This document shows positions 54,660-63,100 of a stretch of DNA of 64,000 nucleotides, piece after piece. The position numbers were made by a program, and so were the translations under genes. How positions within the stretch are numbered: the stretch's first letter is position 1; each line of letters opens with the position of its first letter. The stretch lies in sequence record NC_061421.1; one strand, given 5' to 3'. The notes beneath the pieces were generated by a model. The model worked only from the letters and a program-made list of their open reading frames with translations. It had not been told where the DNA came from and searched no databases.

Positions 54660-55184
54660 CTAGGAATTGTTGATATCAAGCCACAAAAGAAAACGTTTGA
54701 TTTTTTTATCAGCGTTATGATCAAGCGGGTAATCGTCCTTGTAGGTATCGCTGAGTCTAACCTCGAAGAAATCAGGGTCTCTACCTAGCGGATAAAGGAA
54801 ATGTAAAACATACCGCTGTTTGCCATAAGCATCAAGAAACGTCCAGAGCGCAAATCGTTGGAAAGGGTATTCAGTCACCGTCAATTGTAATTTATCAAGT
54901 AGGCGATAGAGTTCCTTAATCCCAATATCTAAGGCTTCGATGGAGATTACTTGAATGGGGACTTCTAATTGAGACGAAAACTTAAACCCTCTGGTTCGAT
55001 ATTCTTTAATCGGCATGTTTAAATAATCTTTGAGTAATTTCCTGGCGTGTCTCTTATACCAGATATCAGGATGCCACTGACTTGGATCACTCATGAGTTT
55101 ACCGAATTCAAGGTGTTCTATTTCATAAGCCGCGAGTTTTTCTACTGCGATAAAAAACTCTTTCTTGCTGACACTGAGTCGCAT
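54660..55184 (-). CDS. Hypothetical protein (174 aa)
   Basis: AAGGAGAG RBS. Confidence 0.7.
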   Translation of the reverse strand: MRLSVSKKEFFIAVEKLAAYEIEHLEFGKLMSDPSQWHPDIWYKRHARKLLKDYLNMPIKEYRTRGFKFSSQLEVPIQVISIEALDIGIKELYRLLDKLQLTVTEYPFQRFALWTFLDAYGKQRYVLHFLYPLGRDPDFFEVRLSDTYKDDYPLDHNADKKIKRFLLWLDINNS

Positions 55185-55209
55185 TGACGCTCTCCTTAAA
55201 ATAAAAAAG

Positions 55210-55231
55210 GAGAGGAGCCAATGCCCCTCTC
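55210..55231 (-). terminator. Imperfect terminator hairpin
   Basis: GAGAGG..CCTCTC with A-tract on the left. Confidence 0.45.
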
Positions 55232-55238
55232 ACTGTAT

Positions 55239-55799
55239 TTACGCCCGCAGGCTCTTAGCCCATTCATCATTGATACCGGCAGCCTGCGCCGTTTTACGGT
55301 TGACGTATTCGGTCATATCCGGATCGTGACGAGTCACGAGGAAATGAAGCGCACGAATACCACCCAACCAGAAGTCAGTGTCCAGGAATTTATATTCACA
55401 CGCCGGGTGAATAACAACGAATTCCCAGCACTCGTGCTCGTCGCCTTCAGCGGTGGTGATATTACGGTATTGAACTTGACCGCTGACGTCGTTCAAATAA
55501 CGCTCTACGGCTACTTGCGATAAGGCATGGCCAGTGGGCACTTCAAAACCCAGGCCGAGGAACAGCGAATGCGTCAGGCTCATTTTGGCGATACGGTCGA
55601 CGTACTCTTCATGCAGCTCCAGGATCTTTTCTTTCGGCAGAGGCGCTTCGCCGTCTTTCATAGTTTCCGGATAGGTAGCGTCCACCGGAACGAAGTCCTC
55701 ATTCTTGAAATCATTCAGGAGCTCTTGACTTACTTCTGCACCAATACTTTTTGCCGCGGCGACTGCTTCGTTTACAATGGTGTTTTCCATGCTACTCAA
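55239..55799 (-). CDS. Hypothetical acidic protein (186 aa)
   Basis: Flanked by terminators. Confidence 0.75.
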   Translation of the reverse strand: MSSMENTIVNEAVAAAKSIGAEVSQELLNDFKNEDFVPVDATYPETMKDGEAPLPKEKILELHEEYVDRIAKMSLTHSLFLGLGFEVPTGHALSQVAVERYLNDVSGQVQYRNITTAEGDEHECWEFVVIHPACEYKFLDTDFWLGGIRALHFLVTRHDPDMTEYVNRKTAQAAGINDEWAKSLRA

Positions 55800-55820
55800 T
55801 ACCTAATTTTGATAAAAGAA

Positions 55821-55844
55821 AAAAGCGGGGAAATCCCCGCTTTT
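55821..55844. terminator. Intrinsic terminator hairpin
   Basis: AAAAGCGGGG-aaat-CCCCGCTTTT. Confidence 0.85.
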
Positions 55845-55882
55845 GTTTTACGGTTACTTAAGAATACTGCGTCGATTATTTA

Positions 55883-56344
55883 TTAATCGAACAGCTCTTT
55901 AGTTTTGCTGTAAATTTCGCGACGGACCAGCTCGTGGTCGGCGTGCTCTTTACGACGATACGCGATAGTGACGGACGGATCTTTCATAGTGCCATCGGCC
56001 TTTTTGCCGGTCGGCGGCGTGTAGTTGGCAGCAATGCCAGTTTCGCCGGTGCGGATGATACCCCAGACGCGTTTGTTATCGCGGTGCTCTTTCAGATGTT
56101 CGATCGCTTTCGGGCCGATGTTGTGCAGCACGGCGGTCGCGTACAGACTTTCGTAACGCTGGACAGCTTCGATGCTGTCTTTGATTTCAGCCGGCGCATT
56201 TTCCATGAAGGTGTCAACACCTTCTTTTTGGGAGATAGTGCCGTGTTCGGTGATAAACAGGTTATCGCCAATTTTACCGGAGAGGTCGATAACCTCTTTG
56301 GAGATTTCAGCAACGACTTCTTTCTTTTCTTTTACTTCAGACAT
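55883..56344 (-). CDS. Hypothetical protein (153 aa) with long leader
   Basis: GAGGA RBS; monocistronic. Confidence 0.8.
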   Translation of the reverse strand: MSEVKEKKEVVAEISKEVIDLSGKIGDNLFITEHGTISQKEGVDTFMENAPAEIKDSIEAVQRYESLYATAVLHNIGPKAIEHLKEHRDNKRVWGIIRTGETGIAANYTPPTGKKADGTMKDPSVTIAYRRKEHADHELVRREIYSKTKELFD

Positions 56345-56504
56345 GTGTACATCCTCAATTGAGTGTTTTTTCGATGAGATAAAATAACTGCAGTTTTTAC
56401 TACTTCACTGTCGACTGACGATCAACCCAGAGCGACGGAATGATTTAACTTTACAGACAGAAGAGTTTGATTCGTATCAGAGTGACTACTTAGCTTAAGA
56501 TACA

Positions 56505-57155
56505 TTAATCAAACTCCGGGTATTTTGTTAGTATATTCTCAACAACACGGAGATCTTTATAGAGATCGACCGGAGCAGGTAGTTGTTCATTGGAGTCGAG
56601 AATATCTTCGTAATTAGCCGAGATAGTATACTGAAGAAAAATCTCTTTCAAATGTTTCTTCACCATTTCGCTACCTATCCGTAAGGTACTTACGGAGTAG
56701 AATAACTTCATCACATCCAAGTAAATAAATTTAAACTGTCGGGGTGAGTTGTCAAAGATTGCTGAGTCTGCGACATCGATTAATAACTCTTTAGCGTCAG
56801 ACGCCTTTTTCAGTATTGTTTCACGTAAGAGTTTTTCATCCACCTCTTCCGGTATTTGCGTTTCAACCATTTCGCGAAGAATAGAAAAAACCGGTGCGAG
56901 TTTAAAGATTAACGAAAGATCCTTTTTGTCTTTATCATACGCTATCAGCGGGACAGTGACCCTTTCGTCGGTCATGAGATTATATTCAGTGTATTGAAAA
57001 TAATCTCCTAGGGGGTCTTGTATTTCCAAAATAGCGGTATGTAGCAGTTCGGAGAAAATCACATTCTGGTTCTTAACACTGGTTTCTATCAGCGCCTCGA
57101 TGACGGCAATTTTTTCTAGCAGGGTTTCGCGGTCAATGATTTTTTCACCAAACAT
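56505..57155 (-). CDS. Hypothetical early protein (216 aa)
   Basis: AAGGAG RBS; downstream of promoter motif at 57210. Confidence 0.75.
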   Translation of the reverse strand: MFGEKIIDRETLLEKIAVIEALIETSVKNQNVIFSELLHTAILEIQDPLGDYFQYTEYNLMTDERVTVPLIAYDKDKKDLSLIFKLAPVFSILREMVETQIPEEVDEKLLRETILKKASDAKELLIDVADSAIFDNSPRQFKFIYLDVMKLFYSVSTLRIGSEMVKKHLKEIFLQYTISANYEDILDSNEQLPAPVDLYKDLRVVENILTKYPEFD

Positions 57156-57209
57156 ATTTTATCTCCTTTAGATTAAGAGGGAAAGTTTTTCTTTCCCTTG
57201 TACACTAAA

Positions 57210-57227
57210 GTGATATATATCTTAAAT
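57210..57227 (-). promoter_or_regulatory. Putative early promoter
   Basis: Minus strand ATTTAAGATATATATCAC. Confidence 0.65.
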
Positions 57228-57958
57228 TAGTTTGAAACGGCTCCGAGACACTCAAAGAGATAACCCGACATGAATTCTGCCGATGACGGATTGGTGTATT
57301 GACCGCCGACATTATCCGAACGACGAATGGCAGAATAAATGTCAGCGAAGGCGGTAGCTTTTGCATCGTCAAATACGACCTTCAGAAGCCCTCTACGGGT
57401 CGCAGCATAAAAGTCAGCCGCTTCTACTGCCTCAGCGACAAAATCGCTGACAAAGCTTTCTTGGTCGTTATATTGGTCAACTACCAGCGGATGTGCATTT
57501 TTCAACAGGACGTAAAACTCCCTGCCGATGGAACTCATTATTTCCGTGCGCTGATCGACTTGAGTTTGAAATGACTTATACAGTTCGTTACTGTACGAGG
57601 TCACCCAGTTGGTACCGATCTGCCGAGCCTCTTCACGGAACTTGGTTTCTGGGCTGAGGTAATACCCGATCCCTTCGGTCAACGTCAAGTAGCTCAACGC
57701 ATTGGGTTGATTAAAGTCAACGTTCAAGTGAAGAACGTTACCTTCTACTCTATAAGTCTGAACGTCAGGGTCGCTGACAATCGAAATGTCTTCCAGTTGG
57801 TATTTCTCACTGATTGCGTGCATTGCATAAACAAACACTTGACCAGGAGTAAAAATCCCTTCGATCGTTTCTTTCACAGTTTGTGCTAATGCGATATTGA
57901 ATTGATTCGCATTTGAGTTAATGCCTTTCAGACCGTTTAACAGGCTGGATGCTTGCAT
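57227..57958 (-). CDS. Putative virion protein (243 aa)
   Basis: GAGG RBS; TATG at 57995-57998; located in the head module. Confidence 0.6.
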   Translation of the reverse strand: MQASSLLNGLKGINSNANQFNIALAQTVKETIEGIFTPGQVFVYAMHAISEKYQLEDISIVSDPDVQTYRVEGNVLHLNVDFNQPNALSYLTLTEGIGYYLSPETKFREEARQIGTNWVTSYSNELYKSFQTQVDQRTEIMSSIGREFYVLLKNAHPLVVDQYNDQESFVSDFVAEAVEAADFYAATRRGLLKVVFDDAKATAFADIYSAIRRSDNVGGQYTNPSSAEFMSGYLFECLGAVSN

Positions 57959-58053
57959 CGTGGTATTCCTCTGCGGGCGGAGTGAGTATCTTTACATATT
58001 AGAAAACGCACTGTAAAGTTTAAAAGATTACGTACTGCTAGTTATAGAGCATA

Positions 58054-58078
58054 GAGAGAGGGGTAAAACCCCTCTCTC
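58054..58078 (-). terminator. Terminator hairpin
   Basis: GAGAGAGGGG-taaaa-CCCCTCTCTC. Confidence 0.75.
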
Positions 58079-58084
58079 CTTTGG

Positions 58085-58246
58085 TTAGTGTCGTTGCTTT
58101 TCGTCGGTGACTGTCGGGAGGTTTACTCCTTTATACTTGCATTCTTTAAAGACATTACGCAAGAATCGCTGACGTGTCTCTTCACGTTGTTTTTCAACGC
58201 GTTCATCGCCAGGGTATCTGGCAATATAGCATGGACGTTTAACCAT
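58085..58246 (-). CDS. Small basic protein (53 aa), absent from the ORF track
   Basis: AAAGGTG RBS; MVKRPCYIARYPGDERVEKQREETRQRFLRNVFKECKYKGVNLPTVTDEKQRH; ends at terminator. Confidence 0.6.
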   Translation of the reverse strand: MVKRPCYIARYPGDERVEKQREETRQRFLRNVFKECKYKGVNLPTVTDEKQRH

Positions 58247-58284
58247 AGTTTCACCTTTAGTTTTCGTGGGCTTTACCGGCCCGG

Positions 58285-58974
58285 TTAGACTGTGGGGTTA
58301 CTTTTGTTCGCTATCCACTGACTTGTAAGTGTTTTGAGTGCATTGCCGTTGTCGACATACGTACTCAAATTACTGTTGTCAGTGTATACTACATTACGGT
58401 CCTCGCTATTGGTAGTAGCGGAGACAATGACTAAATTTCCCTTGACCAATGGATTGGCCGTCAAAATAGTACGAAGCGTGTAACCCACGATTTCGATAAG
58501 ATCAGACAACTGCTTGTAACGGTACTGTCCATCATTGGTCGTGTCCTCTTCGTAATCTTTACGGAAGGATTCGAATAAATAGTAACCTACCCATAACGGT
58601 GCCACCGCATAGATACTCGGATTGAAAACGTTATCAATCCGTGGCAGGAGACTATACTGATACAGCGTCGTCACGCCATAACCCAGATTTGCCAGTGTGT
58701 TAAGAACATAGTTATCTGGGAGGGCGTTGATCTTGGCTTCAATACCCGAAGCGCTATTCGGGAGTGCAACCTTTAAATGCGCAATAAGTTTTGCACGAAT
58801 ATCGGTTTCACGTAAATTGATTGGCCAAGATAAAAGTGGGACCTGTTTAAACGGTTTGTTGACACCTGCGAAATCCCCAACGACAGGGGTGACTACCCAA
58901 GGCGTTAAAAGATTGACCGATTGGACAATCGCAGGTAAAGTACTGTCATCGTAAATTCCAACGGATGTCGGCAT
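58285..58974 (-). CDS. Putative virion structural protein (229 aa)
   Basis: GAGGGG RBS; TATG at 59030-59033. Confidence 0.6.
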   Translation of the reverse strand: MPTSVGIYDDSTLPAIVQSVNLLTPWVVTPVVGDFAGVNKPFKQVPLLSWPINLRETDIRAKLIAHLKVALPNSASGIEAKINALPDNYVLNTLANLGYGVTTLYQYSLLPRIDNVFNPSIYAVAPLWVGYYLFESFRKDYEEDTTNDGQYRYKQLSDLIEIVGYTLRTILTANPLVKGNLVIVSATTNSEDRNVVYTDNSNLSTYVDNGNALKTLTSQWIANKSNPTV

Positions 58975-59050
58975 TACATTCCCCTCTTCGTAATAAATAT
59001 AACTTATATTAAATCGGATTTAACCGTTACATAGAGTAACAAGATAAAAT

Positions 59051-59078
59051 AAAAAGAGGAGCAAATGCTCCTCTTTTT
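59051..59078. terminator. Intrinsic terminator hairpin
   Basis: AAAAAGAGGAGCA-aa-TGCTCCTCTTTTT. Confidence 0.85.
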
Positions 59079-59079
59079 A

Positions 59080-59826
59080 TTACCATTTAGAGACAAGACC
59101 CGTTTTACCAGAAATAAACGGAGTACGATCCATCTGACGAATAGCATCAACCGTGGCTTTGAAACTCGACTCCACGGAGACCAAACTTTGGTCATTGGCC
59201 ATACTGCGAATAATCGCTGGTTGTACCGGGACAATCAGTGCCGACTCGCAAGACGGTGACATGTATTTGTTTGCGCAAGACAAACCGGGTTCGTTTACGA
59301 GATCCCAGGTAATAATGTTATCGACGTATTTACGAACCTTACCGCCAACCACTCTGTCGGTCGCCATACTGCGAATACTGAACGCCAGATTCTCGTCTGG
59401 GTTAGACATGATTTTCTCAAAATCTTCACGTCTGGCTCCCGTAGAACAAATCTCACCCATGATGGCGCAAATGCGCTGACCGTTAGGCAGAACGAAATTC
59501 GGCACAACCCAAACCTTGCGGATATGAAATGCCCAGTTACGTTCATCAATGGTGTGGATACGTTGAATGAATTTACGATAGTCGGCGTAATCGTATTCTT
59601 TGGGGTGACCCCATTCGCCGCGTAAATACCCTTCTCTCACGCGTTTCTGGAAAAGACCATTCTCCGCTAATATACGCTCAACACGTTGCTGGTCATATAC
59701 CGCACCAATACTGTTGTCGAACTCTAACGCCCCTAAAATAACTTCAAGGTAGTTGTTGTCCAGACGTTTAATATTCCCTACTCGGTTTACACCTTTCAGT
59801 GCTGTTACCTCAAATGACATCCCCAT
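59080..59826 (-). CDS. Prohead (head maturation) serine protease, phiKZ gp175/SPN3US gp245-like
   Basis: LRGEWGHP, AFHI, NLAFSIRS, ITWDLVNEPG motifs. Confidence 0.88.
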   Translation of the reverse strand: MGMSFEVTALKGVNRVGNIKRLDNNYLEVILGALEFDNSIGAVYDQQRVERILAENGLFQKRVREGYLRGEWGHPKEYDYADYRKFIQRIHTIDERNWAFHIRKVWVVPNFVLPNGQRICAIMGEICSTGARREDFEKIMSNPDENLAFSIRSMATDRVVGGKVRKYVDNIITWDLVNEPGLSCANKYMSPSCESALIVPVQPAIIRSMANDQSLVSVESSFKATVDAIRQMDRTPFISGKTGLVSKW

Positions 59827-59829
59827 GGC

Positions 59830-60558
59830 TTACCACCGCACAATATTAGAATGATTCATGAACTCATACGATAGCAGACCCGCCTTACGTTCTTTGGCCT
59901 GATTGAATTCGCTTTCCGATAGCGGGAACATTTCAACCTGACTTTGATCGAAAGGTTCTTCTTTATACTTTTCCAGGGCAGGGATAATCATTCGATAAAA
60001 CCCTCTTTTCAGATCGAAGAAGGGTGAGAATTTTACCGATGGGCTGTCAACCTGAATCAGTATTCGGGTTTCAATGGCTTTACTGTAGTCGTCTTTGATG
60101 ACTCTGAGTTCATCGATGAAACACTTTCCGACAACACGGGAGGGGTATCGTTGATCTTCAGTGTCGACGTTGACAAGCCATCTTTCTTCTGACCACTCTG
60201 CCATAGGGCAGATGACTTTCGTCGGACGGAGCGAACCTTCAACGGACAACGCATAAATCGTATACCCTCCTAACCATTCGTCCTTGCCCGCGCAATGTGC
60301 TTTACTGTCCATGAAATCCCGCAACGCCACGCCATAACCCCGTAAGCAATCAATGATTGTAATCCCGGTACAAACCCGTTTGACGGATTCATCTTCTCCG
60401 TTCATGGTTCGTTGGATCTCCCGAGGAATAAAAACCGGGATATTGGGATTAGGAGAGATATGGTAAAGTGTGCGGTGATGAGTATCGACTTCGAGCTCAT
60501 TAACGGCGTGCTCTTGTTGTTTACTGATGAAACTTTGAAGTCTCTCGTATGGGCTCAT
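59830..60558 (-). CDS. Putative virion protein, possible ADP-ribosyltransferase-like fold
   Basis: LYHIS..F.PR..ED...RVCTG.T..CL..Y, E.W motif; sits between vRNAP subunit and protease. Confidence 0.45.
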   Translation of the reverse strand: MSPYERLQSFISKQQEHAVNELEVDTHHRTLYHISPNPNIPVFIPREIQRTMNGEDESVKRVCTGITIIDCLRGYGVALRDFMDSKAHCAGKDEWLGGYTIYALSVEGSLRPTKVICPMAEWSEERWLVNVDTEDQRYPSRVVGKCFIDELRVIKDDYSKAIETRILIQVDSPSVKFSPFFDLKRGFYRMIIPALEKYKEEPFDQSQVEMFPLSESEFNQAKERKAGLLSYEFMNHSNIVRW

Positions 60559-60559
60559 G

Positions 60560-61285
60560 TTACGCCCTCAGTAAACGTTCGATCGGTTGGGTTACTTCGT
60601 TCGGGTTAACAATAGCCGAATCCAGACCATCTCCGGTATAACTCCCCGAAATTTTCGCAGTGGTATCGGAAGACCCATCCACAACGTTACGTAAAGGTAT
60701 CCAGGTGAACGGCGTAGTACGCAGCTCACTGTAGCTGTGGATATGCTCACGTAAAGGAACTTTACGGTTACTTTCAATACGGGCTAACTGGGCGATGATC
60801 ATTTCACCGATAGTCGGTGTCGCAACCAACTTTGTTCCCGTATACTCTTCGGTTTCCGCAAAGAAGCTACCTAACGTAATGTAGTTGTAAAAGAACGGAA
60901 TCCTTCCTCGTGCTAAGATCTCTTCGAACAGGTAATAAAGAAGACCGTTGTCTTTTACCAAATCGATGCTTTTAACCACCGTGCTACCGGGACGGAAATA
61001 AAAGTCATAATAGCTTCGTCCAGCATATTCGAGTTGACGAATTTCCGTCGGTGTAATTTCCATCATACTCGGGGTGGTAGCAACCGCAAAATCACCCGCT
61101 TCGCTACAGATAGCAAAGAAGCCGATGATCATAATGCGTTTGCCCATACTGATTAACTGCTTCGCGCGAAAGGACTCTTGGATCACAATCCGGCAGCCGG
61201 TCGTGGTGACCAGACTGCCGTTTGGGAGTTCACGTAAAGTCGCTTGCAGCGCATCGGCATTGTGTTTCCACTGCGCGATATTCAC
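60560..61285 (-). CDS. Virion RNAP-associated subunit (phiKZ gp176/SPN3US gp244-like)
   Basis: DTTAKISGSY..GL.SA.VNP..IE.LLR C-terminus; synteny two genes before the protease. Confidence 0.6.
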   Translation of the reverse strand: MNIAQWKHNADALQATLRELPNGSLVTTTGCRIVIQESFRAKQLISMGKRIMIIGFFAICSEAGDFAVATTPSMMEITPTEIRQLEYAGRSYYDFYFRPGSTVVKSIDLVKDNGLLYYLFEEILARGRIPFFYNYITLGSFFAETEEYTGTKLVATPTIGEMIIAQLARIESNRKVPLREHIHSYSELRTTPFTWIPLRNVVDGSSDTTAKISGSYTGDGLDSAIVNPNEVTQPIERLLRA

Positions 61286-61296
61286 TGTTCGACTCC

Positions 61297-62829
61297 TTAG
61301 TACACGGTGGCGTCATCCTGTTCGATAATACCCACTTTCTCTGCCTGTTTAAAAGTCAGGACATCGAAGTTAGCCACAAGCCATTTTGCCAGATAACGGA
61401 TGGCCGCAGTATAGGCAGCAGTCGTGCCGTCCTGATCGGAATCCTGCATTTCACTTTCTACGATATCGATAATGTCTTCGGCATCGATGAACGTGAAGAT
61501 GTGCTGGCAGACTTTCTGTTTGACCAATTCGAACAGATTGGGATCGTTGTCGATGTTCCAATTCGCGTAGAACTTACCGGACTTCAGATCTTCCATCACT
61601 TTGTTCAGTGCCGCTTCTTTACTGAACCCGCTTGGCAGTTGATCTTCATTGAGATTGTTCAGCGCTTGCGCCAGTTCCGGTACGAAACAGTTCGAAAGAC
61701 GTTTCAGGAACGTGTCATGGGAATAACGTTGACGCTGAATCTCAAGCGCCTGCCAACGTTTCAGGTTTTGCTGGTCGTTGGCAATAAACTGACCCAGTAA
61801 ACGTTGACCACCGCGCGGGTCTAACACGCCACCGATCACGCTTTCTGGCGTCAGTCCCTGAGAAAGTCCCTGGCGATATACCGGACCGAATACCACAATT
61901 TCCGCGTCTTCTGCAGAGGTAGCTACTTGGCTTTTTCCGGTGAAACGAATGATCATCTGACCGCGGCGGTTACAACCACTTAGCCAGCCCAGACCATTTT
62001 TGATCAGATAGCCGTATTGCAGCTTCATCGCATTGATCGCCGCCTCGTACTCGGGTAAAGTCATACCCGTACCCGGGAGCGGGTCTTGTGACATACTGTC
62101 AACCAGGAAATAGACCACGATGCCCAGATCGGTCAGAGAAGCATCACTGAATTTCCCTTCGCAACGTTGACCGTCTTTTTGTTGGACGAGTTCTGAAACG
62201 AAGCGAGTCACTGGGCAGATTGGGGTAATCGCACAGTTGCGGAAGAGGACGTTGTAAATGGAGACAATCGTATCGGCGCCATATTTTGCGATCGCGTCGG
62301 CCAATGCGTCGTCCAGTTCACTCACGCCAGTTTTCATCCCGTCAATTAAATCTACGTCCGTTTTTTCCGGGGCGTTTTTAATACGGGTAAAAAGAGGTGC
62401 GTTGGGTTTGAACTGGGCAAACGTATCAACTACGTAAGGGTCGTAAATGATCGGTGCAGGATCGTATTGCGTAATAGTGAACTCTTTTGGTTCTACGCCT
62501 TTCATCCTGTCCAGAATTTTACCCGTTACATCAGTGATCAGTGGTACTACCGTGTTGCGGACATACCCGATCTGACGCAGCAATGCGCCGCCAACAACTT
62601 CAACCGCGCCAGCGACTGCACCTTCATGCGGTTCAACCATCCCGATGGTACGTTGGGAGTTATCAAACAACACCTGGTCATACGCTTCCAGTGAAGGTTT
62701 GTGACTCTGGAAGAACGGGAGCGATTCAGCAACCGGGCTGAATAACAGAGACCCGGTGCGCGGGAAAAGGAATAACCCTTCGTTACTGACTACCGTCTTC
62801 GCGAGGGCAATAGACTTTTTGTTTAACAT
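61297..62829 (-). CDS. Virion head protein (phiKZ gp177/SPN3US gp243-like by synteny)
   Basis: 510 aa between RNAP beta and the gp176-like gene. Confidence 0.55.
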   Translation of the reverse strand: MLNKKSIALAKTVVSNEGLFLFPRTGSLLFSPVAESLPFFQSHKPSLEAYDQVLFDNSQRTIGMVEPHEGAVAGAVEVVGGALLRQIGYVRNTVVPLITDVTGKILDRMKGVEPKEFTITQYDPAPIIYDPYVVDTFAQFKPNAPLFTRIKNAPEKTDVDLIDGMKTGVSELDDALADAIAKYGADTIVSIYNVLFRNCAITPICPVTRFVSELVQQKDGQRCEGKFSDASLTDLGIVVYFLVDSMSQDPLPGTGMTLPEYEAAINAMKLQYGYLIKNGLGWLSGCNRRGQMIIRFTGKSQVATSAEDAEIVVFGPVYRQGLSQGLTPESVIGGVLDPRGGQRLLGQFIANDQQNLKRWQALEIQRQRYSHDTFLKRLSNCFVPELAQALNNLNEDQLPSGFSKEAALNKVMEDLKSGKFYANWNIDNDPNLFELVKQKVCQHIFTFIDAEDIIDIVESEMQDSDQDGTTAAYTAAIRYLAKWLVANFDVLTFKQAEKVGIIEQDDATVY

Positions 62830-63020
62830 CAGACAATCCCCTCTTGTACACGGCGGGCGGCGATAGCAGCGCCAATAGCGGCGGCCAGATCTTCTTCGAT
62901 GTTCGCACCGTCTGGAATTCTGAGATCTTCGCTGCGCGCATTCAGCATGACGCGGCGGCCCACCTCAAGAATATTCGCAACGCTGGTTTGCGCAATTTCT
63001 TGCAAGCCTTCATTATTCAT
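62829..63020 (-). CDS. Small putative virion protein (63 aa)
   Basis: Coupled to the next gene (TGATG). Confidence 0.6.
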   Translation of the reverse strand: MNNEGLQEIAQTSVANILEVGRRVMLNARSEDLRIPDGANIEEDLAAAIGAAIAARRVQEGIV

Positions 63021-63064
63021 CTTCTTAACCTTATTTTACAAAGCGCTTTGGAAAGTAACGGGTG

Positions 63065-63091
63065 ACGAGGGGAGTACGTTTCTCCCCTCGT
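63065..63091 (-). terminator. Terminator hairpin after RNAP gene
   Basis: ACGAGGGGAG-tacgttt-CTCCCCTCGT. Confidence 0.75.
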
Positions 63092-63100
63092 TGTACACAA

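Noticed and set aside
2580-63091. Recurrent GAGAGGGG...CCCCTCTC hairpins as a CRISPR array or MITE family
   Set aside because: They are kilobases apart, non-identical, always at gene 3' ends and have no target-site duplications, so they fit intrinsic terminators.
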